Assembly (NCBI GenBank): GCA_016929525.1
Contig: JAFGIP010000097.1
Coordinates: 64,713-128,712, forward strand
Direction of reading: 5' to 3'
Length of the DNA stretch: 64,000 bases
DNA from: Bacteroidales bacterium
Lineage (GTDB): Bacteria > Bacteroidota > Bacteroidia > Bacteroidales > UBA10428
The position numbers were made by a program, and so were the translations under genes. Below are positions 58,351 through 64,000 of this stretch, piece after piece. Below the pieces are notes generated by a model. It had not been told where the DNA came from. It worked only from the letters and a program-made list of their open reading frames with translations, and made no database searches. Positions within the stretch are counted from its first letter, which is position 1; each line of letters begins with the position of its first letter.

Positions 58351-61300
58351 ATGGGGCAAAATAAGTTTAACTATTTCAAAAATACTGGTAGAATGGGCGC
58401 AAAGATAATCTCCAGTTTAATTCTTCTGATTAACATAGGAATTATAAATGCTACAGATTACTATTTTAGTAATAATGGTAGTGATGGAAATGCAGGAACC
58501 AACCAAAATTCACCCTGGCAGACTGTATCGAAAATGCAACAAACGATAAACAGTCTAAATCCCGGAGACAGAATTTTGCTTGAGAGAGGATCTGTGTGGT
58601 ATGAAGTTGCATTAACTATTAATAATATCAATGGTAATGCATCAAATCCGATTCGTTTTGAAGCATATGGAGAAGGAGAGATGCCGGTGTTATCAGGAGG
58701 TAAATTAGTTACCGACTTTTCAAATTCTGGCAATATCTATTCAGCAGAGGTTGAAAGCAGTTTCCCGCGTGGTCCGATTTTAGTTCCGGCAGGGATTTTA
58801 ATTGATGGTAATGCACCTGACATTGCCAGAAGCGAGGAATATTTCACACAGGGCACCAATTCCTGGACACAGTTGATTGATGAATCACAAAGCTGGACAA
58901 CAAATGAACTTGTGGGAAGTATAATGATTTATCAACCTGTTTTCTGGTCGTGGTGCGCAAGTCCAATTACTTCAAATACAGCAACAACTGCTAATTTTTA
59001 TAAGGCTAAATATATACTTTCGAACAATAAATGGACTGCCTATTATATAGCTAATAACGATAAATATCTCGAATCTGATGGTGACTGGACCTTTAAGAAT
59101 AATACATTAAAAGTTTATTCAGCAACTAATCTTAATGACAAGGTTGTTCAGTTTTCGGTGTCCGATTCAATAATAGGAGTGAATAACTCATCAAACCTGG
59201 TTTTTTCGGGAATTTCATTTGAGTTGGCAAACTACAGACTACTATCTTTTATTCGTGGTAGTAATATCACTATTGATGATTGTAAATTTGGATTTTCAGG
59301 TGGCACAGGTATTAAATTTTACCGAACCAGTCAACTTAGCTTTACCAATAGTTATGTTCATAACATGGGGGCAATGGGTATAATTACTGATCAGTGTAAT
59401 ACTCCAATAATCAGATACAATTTGTTCAAGCATATTACCTCTAATAAAATTGGACTGGGTAATTATGTATTCCGTTACGGTGCTGCTGTATCAAATCTTA
59501 CACCGTCTGGCGATAATTCTTATATTGAATATAATTATTTTGACAGTGTAGGACTCGCGATACAGTCCCATACTTTTTTACCCGGCAGAACTTGTAGTTA
59601 CAGTTACAATTATATTCAAAATCATGGTGTAAATATATCTGACTGCGCTGCCATATATGCAGCTTCAGATTGGGATGCAACAAATAAAACTATTAAAAAT
59701 AACATTATTAAAGGAGCCATTACATCAGGATATCGATACACATCTTACGGCAACTATGCTACTAATCCGCATCCTGCATTGCATCCTCATGCAATTTATA
59801 TCGATGAGGGCGGTTATGCATATAAGTGTGATTCAAATTCAATCGAAGACGCAGCGTTTGCTTTTTATACAAATCGTAGTCATAGTAGTTCATTTAGGTA
59901 TAGCAATGTTATAAACGGGAACTTGCATAACACCAGCAAATATAATGCTGTATATATGAAGGATCAGGTTATCGGGCCAATTACTTTTTCTGCCGACAGA
60001 GATGAAGTGAAGTATAATAATATTGTTTTTGATGATAATCCTAATCCTGCAGTTTATCTCAGACATACCAGCTCATATAACTCAGGTGCACCTGATAATA
60101 ACTATTTTGAATTTGACTATAATAAAATTGCAAGTCCTTTTTTATCCACAACTTACGTTGGAAAGTATGTATATGAATGGGGTGCCATAGTAAATAATTA
60201 TTCATTAAGTCAGATGAGAAACAATTCCGATAATGTGAACTCAAATTCTTCTGATCAAAATACATTAATTAATCCTCAATCTGTAATGTACTCAGAAGTT
60301 TCGGGAAGCGTAAGTGAAGAGGATTTTGTGAAAATGTTTATTAATTACAGCAGTAATAGAAGAACAGTAGACCTTGGTGATGCCACATTCAAAGATATGG
60401 ATGGAAATGATGTATCAGGTAGTATCACTGTTCCTCCTTTTTATTCAAAAATCCTGTTTTATATATCTGGTAATTTGTCAACTGTTGATAGCGAGGTATA
60501 TATCGATTCAACTCTTATTCCGGCTTTTAGCTATGTCAATGATGTTGGTCGCGGTGAAATAAGTAATCACAGACCTACAATCAATGATGATGAGTTTGTC
60601 GTTGCTGAGCAGCCAGTGGTGCCCTTACAAATTGGTGCGCTTTCGGTTGACGACCCCGATGAAGGACAAACACTATCATATTCAATTATAAGTGGTAATA
60701 GCTCAGGATTATTTGAAGTAACCACAGACGGAATATTGAATTTCACGACCCAAACAGTTGATTTTAGCGGAAATCCTGAATATGAACTGGTTATTCAGGT
60801 TACGGATAATGGCACTCCTGTTTTATCGGATCAGGCAACAATAACTATTTCACTTGTTGCAGTTGCTGATGGCCCGATAAATGATGACAATAACCCTCCT
60901 ATTATCAACCCGCAGTCATTCAATACCAGCTTCGATGCAGATCTACCCGCTCTTGTTGGTGTAATTGATGCATCAGATCCTGATAATGGTCAAAATTTAT
61001 CTTATGCTATTATTTCCGGGAATTATAATAATATGTTTCATCTCAATTCAGAAACAGGTGAACTATACATGGTTCAGTATCCGGCAGGTCATCAGTCGGT
61101 TTCTTTTATTTTGGTAGTAGAAGTTACTGACAATGCTGATATTAGTTTATCTGCTGAAGCCAATATTACTGTATTTGTGGCTGCATCAGAATTTGTTTAT
61201 TTCATCGATCCGGAAAACTTAGGTGATGAATTGGCTGACGGATCTTATGAGCATCCGTTTTCAAGCTGGAATGATGTAGAATGGGTTGATGGAGGCAGCT

Positions 61301-62430
61301 ACCTGCAAAAACGGGGAACCATAGCCGGGGAATCAAAAATATTAATATTGGCAAATGATGTTACTCTTGGTGATTATGGCAATGGTACAGCACCAAAAAT
61401 TAACAGTACTGCTACCGATTATGCAATAAAGGCCATTGATAAAAAAAATGTCACAATAAAAAATATTGAAATCGAAGCAGAGGGTGCGATAGGGTGTGTC
61501 TACTTTATCGGTAGTTCATGTCAGAATAATGCCTTGGAAAACTGTAAATTGCTTGGTGCGGATTACGGACTAAGGATTATCGATGGGGATTCATATATTG
61601 TAAAATACAACGTATTTAACAATGATGTAAATGGCATTTATTCAATAGCCGATTATGCAGAGATATATTATAATGTATTCTCCGGTAATCACGTTGCGAT
61701 AAATTTAAGCAGTTACAGTACCAATGCTAAAATTTATAACAATGTATTTTACGATAATACTCAGGGCGTATCAACTTCATATGCTGAGGTTGTATTGTTC
61801 AACAACATTTTTTACCTCACTCAGGCAAATCATAAGGCAATAAATCATAAACTTGACAAACTTGTTTCAGATCATAATATTTTTTATCCCGAACAACAAG
61901 GATTTATTGTTATTGAGGATGTTGAATATAATAGTCTTGAAGAATATCAAAATGATTATGGTTTGGATATCCATTCATTTTCAGGCGATCCTTTGTTCGT
62001 TGATATATACAATAGTAATTTTACAGTAACACCTACTTCGGGAGCCATTGATGCCGGGAAAACAGTCGGTTTAACCCAGGACTTCTATGGTGAGAATGTA
62101 CCAAAAGGAGGTGCTCCTGATATTGGATTAAGTGAATCGGATTATCAGGCTGTTTTAAATGATAATGTATTGGATTTGGAAGAAACGGATTTCTCCGTAT
62201 ACCCAAATCCATCCTCAGGTAGATTTAACCTTGGATTTAACAATAAGCTGGGCACTATGACAGATCTTTTTATAAGTTCACTTTCCGGTGCAATAATTTA
62301 TCGGCAACAATACTATACTGAGGGGATTTTAATTACAGAGATTGATATAACGGATTATTCTCCCGGAATGTATATTTTATCAATCAGGGCAAATGATAAA
62401 TTGTATACCAGAAAAATTATAACTAAGTAA
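58351..62430 (+). CDS. Large T9SS-secreted protein: parallel beta-helix, two cadherin-like domains, second parallel beta-helix, then Por CTD
   Basis: 1359 aa. Signal/TM N-terminus. PbH1-like repeats (NNIIKGA.., YNVFNNDVNGIYS, YYNVFSGNHVAINL, IYNNVFYDNTQGVS, LFNNIFY). Two cadherin-like repeats at about nt 60565-61185 (DDPDEGQTLSYSIISGN.., DASDPDNGQNLSYAIISGN..). CTD FSVYPNPSSGRFNLGF. Confidence 0.75.
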   Translation: MGQNKFNYFKNTGRMGAKIISSLILLINIGIINATDYYFSNNGSDGNAGTNQNSPWQTVSKMQQTINSLNPGDRILLERGSVWYEVALTINNINGNASNPIRFEAYGEGEMPVLSGGKLVTDFSNSGNIYSAEVESSFPRGPILVPAGILIDGNAPDIARSEEYFTQGTNSWTQLIDESQSWTTNELVGSIMIYQPVFWSWCASPITSNTATTANFYKAKYILSNNKWTAYYIANNDKYLESDGDWTFKNNTLKVYSATNLNDKVVQFSVSDSIIGVNNSSNLVFSGISFELANYRLLSFIRGSNITIDDCKFGFSGGTGIKFYRTSQLSFTNSYVHNMGAMGIITDQCNTPIIRYNLFKHITSNKIGLGNYVFRYGAAVSNLTPSGDNSYIEYNYFDSVGLAIQSHTFLPGRTCSYSYNYIQNHGVNISDCAAIYAASDWDATNKTIKNNIIKGAITSGYRYTSYGNYATNPHPALHPHAIYIDEGGYAYKCDSNSIEDAAFAFYTNRSHSSSFRYSNVINGNLHNTSKYNAVYMKDQVIGPITFSADRDEVKYNNIVFDDNPNPAVYLRHTSSYNSGAPDNNYFEFDYNKIASPFLSTTYVGKYVYEWGAIVNNYSLSQMRNNSDNVNSNSSDQNTLINPQSVMYSEVSGSVSEEDFVKMFINYSSNRRTVDLGDATFKDMDGNDVSGSITVPPFYSKILFYISGNLSTVDSEVYIDSTLIPAFSYVNDVGRGEISNHRPTINDDEFVVAEQPVVPLQIGALSVDDPDEGQTLSYSIISGNSSGLFEVTTDGILNFTTQTVDFSGNPEYELVIQVTDNGTPVLSDQATITISLVAVADGPINDDNNPPIINPQSFNTSFDADLPALVGVIDASDPDNGQNLSYAIISGNYNNMFHLNSETGELYMVQYPAGHQSVSFILVVEVTDNADISLSAEANITVFVAASEFVYFIDPENLGDELADGSYEHPFSSWNDVEWVDGGSYLQKRGTIAGESKILILANDVTLGDYGNGTAPKINSTATDYAIKAIDKKNVTIKNIEIEAEGAIGCVYFIGSSCQNNALENCKLLGADYGLRIIDGDSYIVKYNVFNNDVNGIYSIADYAEIYYNVFSGNHVAINLSSYSTNAKIYNNVFYDNTQGVSTSYAEVVLFNNIFYLTQANHKAINHKLDKLVSDHNIFYPEQQGFIVIEDVEYNSLEEYQNDYGLDIHSFSGDPLFVDIYNSNFTVTPTSGAIDAGKTVGLTQDFYGENVPKGGAPDIGLSESDYQAVLNDNVLDLEETDFSVYPNPSSGRFNLGFNNKLGTMTDLFISSLSGAIIYRQQYYTEGILITEIDITDYSPGMYILSIRANDKLYTRKIITK

Positions 62431-62460
62431 TTTTGTAATTAATTAAATAATATATATAAA

Positions 62461-62492
62461 AGCCGCTTCTCCCATAGAAGCGGCTTTTTTTA
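62461..62492 (+). terminator. Rho-independent terminator
   Basis: AGCCGCTTC (62461-62469) / GAAGCGGCT (62477-62485), 7-nt loop, then TTTTTTT. Begins 31 nt after the stop at 62430. Confidence 0.85.
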
Positions 62493-62763
62493 TTAAGCTC
62501 ATTTATAATTTGCTAAAATTGAAAAAAAAAATTAATTTCATAGTAGAAATTATTTGTAATTAAGAACGGGATTGAGGTGTACAGGTTACCAGTTTGTAAG
62601 TTGTTATAAATCAAATGATTGGAAAGGTAATTACATGTTGCTTATTTTATTTCATTTAACATCAATGATGGGTTTAACACCTGTTTAGTAGTTGTAAGTA
62701 GGGATAGAAGTATTCCTAAACTACATTGATAATTCAAATTTTTATGTAATTTAACGCTCTTAA

Positions 62764-62771
62764 TAATTTTG
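62764..62771 (+). promoter_or_regulatory. Candidate -7 promoter box
   Basis: TAATTTTG (TAnnTTTG); its last base lies 35 nt before the ATG at 62806. Confidence 0.35.
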
Positions 62772-62805
62772 AATTAACCTTAGTTACTAACCAAATTGAA
62801 CTATT

Positions 62806-64000
62806 ATGAATTTAAAACGACTAAACTTTAAAGCACTATTCAGTGCTCTTCTAATTAGTGCTGTTGGTACATTTACCATGGGGCAGATAACTGTCCTGCC
62901 TGTAATAGATGGTGATGACTCTGAAGCCGCATGGGATGCCGCAACAGAATATGCAATTGAAGCTGTTATTGCTGATGATTTTATTGATGATGCAGCTGAC
63001 CTTAGTGGAACTTTTAAACTACTTTGGTCTGCAGACAGTGTGTATGTAGCTGTTAATGTTTTAGACGACTCACTCTACAGTTTAGCTACAAACGCTTATG
63101 AAAACGATAACGTGGGAATTTTCTTCGATCTGTTGAATATGAAGACCGGTTCCTATGTTGATGAAACTCAGTTCTACTATGAAAAGAACTGGTGGGATGG
63201 ACCGGATCCGATCGGTGCAAGGCATGGTGCAGCATGGGCAACTCCTCCATTCGGAGACTTTGCCACAACTGTTGACACAAGTACAAGTTATCTGATCGAG
63301 TTAAGCTTTGCATGGGATCAGTTCGGTGTAACTCCGGTGGTTGGTCATCAAATTGGATTCGATGTTAAACTCAGCGATAATGACGGTGACGGAGCTACTC
63401 CTTCAGAAGGCAGATGCCAGCTGGCATGGAGCGATACCACTGATACCGGCTGGAATGTTCCAAGTGTATTCGGAACATTGATTCTTAAAGCTGATGGTGA
63501 TGTCACACTTCTGCCAACAATTGACGGCGATGCATCTGATGATGCCTGGGCAATGGCACCAGCTTATGATATTACCAATGTAATAGCTGATGATTTTATT
63601 GATGATGCAGCTGACCTGAGCGGTACATTTAAAGTAATCTGGACATCAGAAGACATATATGTTCTTTGTGAAGTTCAGGATGACTCACTCTACAGCTTAG
63701 CTACAAACGCTTATGAAAACGATAATATCGGAATTTTCTTCGACCTGTTGAATAAGAAAACTAATTCTTATGTAGATACTACTCAGTTCTACTATGAAAA
63801 GAACTGGTGGGATGGACCGGATCCAATTGGTGCAAGATTTGGTAATGCATGGGCTACTCCTCCATATAACGAATTTGCAACAACTGTTGATACCGGAACA
63901 AGCTACCTGATTGAAATAAGCTTGAGCTGGGATCGTTTTGGTGTAGATCCAATGGTTGGACATCAGATCGGATTCGATGTTAAACTTAGCGACAACGATG
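62806..64000 (+). CDS. Secreted protein built of tandem CBM9/DOMON-like carbohydrate-binding modules; 3' end outside the window
   Basis: Not in the ORF track because no stop falls in the window. ATG at 62806, signal peptide MNLKRLNFKALFSALLISAVGTFTMGQ, then repeated IDGD.S..AW...Y.I...IADDFIDDAADLSGTFK..W......V...V.DDSLYS...NAYENDN.GIFFDL...GHQIGFDVKLSDND modules. Confidence 0.75.
   Translation, partial: MNLKRLNFKALFSALLISAVGTFTMGQITVLPVIDGDDSEAAWDAATEYAIEAVIADDFIDDAADLSGTFKLLWSADSVYVAVNVLDDSLYSLATNAYENDNVGIFFDLLNMKTGSYVDETQFYYEKNWWDGPDPIGARHGAAWATPPFGDFATTVDTSTSYLIELSFAWDQFGVTPVVGHQIGFDVKLSDNDGDGATPSEGRCQLAWSDTTDTGWNVPSVFGTLILKADGDVTLLPTIDGDASDDAWAMAPAYDITNVIADDFIDDAADLSGTFKVIWTSEDIYVLCEVQDDSLYSLATNAYENDNIGIFFDLLNKKTNSYVDTTQFYYEKNWWDGPDPIGARFGNAWATPPYNEFATTVDTGTSYLIEISLSWDRFGVDPMVGHQIGFDVKLSDND
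62887..64000 (+). repeat. Tandem direct repeat, period 615 bp (205 codons), at least 1.8 copies in the window
   Basis: Anchor GACTCACTCTACAG at 63067 and 63682, and anchor GCTGATGATTTTATTGATGATGCAGCTGACC at 62971 and 63586. Both are offset by exactly 615 nt, with long near-identical nucleotide blocks. Confidence 0.85.

Noticed and set aside
63086-63963. Two minus-strand ORFs (63086-63313 and 63697-63963) with similar sequences
   Set aside because: Both are antisense shadows of the two copies of the 615-bp repeat in the plus-strand CBM9-like gene. The plus-strand frame is open from 62806 to the window end and has clear domain features.
62887-64000. Possible CRISPR-like or other non-coding repeat array
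   Set aside because: The period is 615 bp, the repeats are in-frame protein modules, and there are no short repeat-spacer units or cas genes. It is a coding tandem duplication.
1-64000. Search for mobile elements, defence systems, CRISPR, RNA genes or horizontal-transfer scars
   Set aside because: I recognised no transposase, integrase, recombinase, reverse transcriptase, nuclease-helicase pair, toxin-antitoxin motif, short repeat array, tRNA or rRNA. I could not compute GC skew, k-mer or codon-usage statistics, so compositional islands cannot be excluded.

Overview
Low-GC chromosomal segment that looks Bacteroidota-derived: three proteins end in T9SS Por-type C-terminal sorting domains, the TonB receptor carries a CarboxypepD_reg domain, TAnnTTTG-type -7 boxes occur, and flexirubin-type pigment genes are present. 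I count about 55 protein-coding genes. I recognised no rRNA, tRNA, CRISPR array, transposase, integrase, reverse transcriptase or phage gene. Layout: (1) nt 1-12057 is housekeeping/accessory: glgX 3' end, a TonB-dependent receptor trio, LysE exporter, hydrolase, sulfatase, RRM protein. (2) nt 12084-36490 is one 24.4-kb, 23-gene minus-strand aryl-polyene/flexirubin-type pigment cluster. It runs from an MIO ammonia-lyase to a PaaK-like ligase and includes a 1274-aa MMPL-acyltransferase-methyltransferase fusion. (3) nt 36700-40428 holds mnmA, a serine hydrolase and an orphan ThiF-like E1. (4) nt 40577-44047 is a crtI-crtB-SDR carotenoid mini-operon. (5) nt 44316-46776 holds a GerW/YtfJ plus YtfI-like pair, a metallophosphoesterase and an SDR. 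(6) nt 47099-58065 is a Wza/Wzc-type exopolysaccharide operon with no wzx/wzy in view and a T9SS cargo gene embedded in it. (7) nt 58351-64000 holds two large T9SS/carbohydrate-binding surface proteins, the second built of 615-bp tandem repeats and truncated by the window end. The pigment cluster belongs to a known class, so the most interesting material is its non-canonical parts: no darA/darB, the tri-domain exporter fusion, a NodC/NodB-like GT2 plus deacetylase pair, a C45 plus PaaK pair, and an internal terminator. I did not find a clearly novel stand-alone system such as a defence or toxin module. All family calls come from motif recognition by eye; no BLAST, HMM, folding or GC computation was possible.
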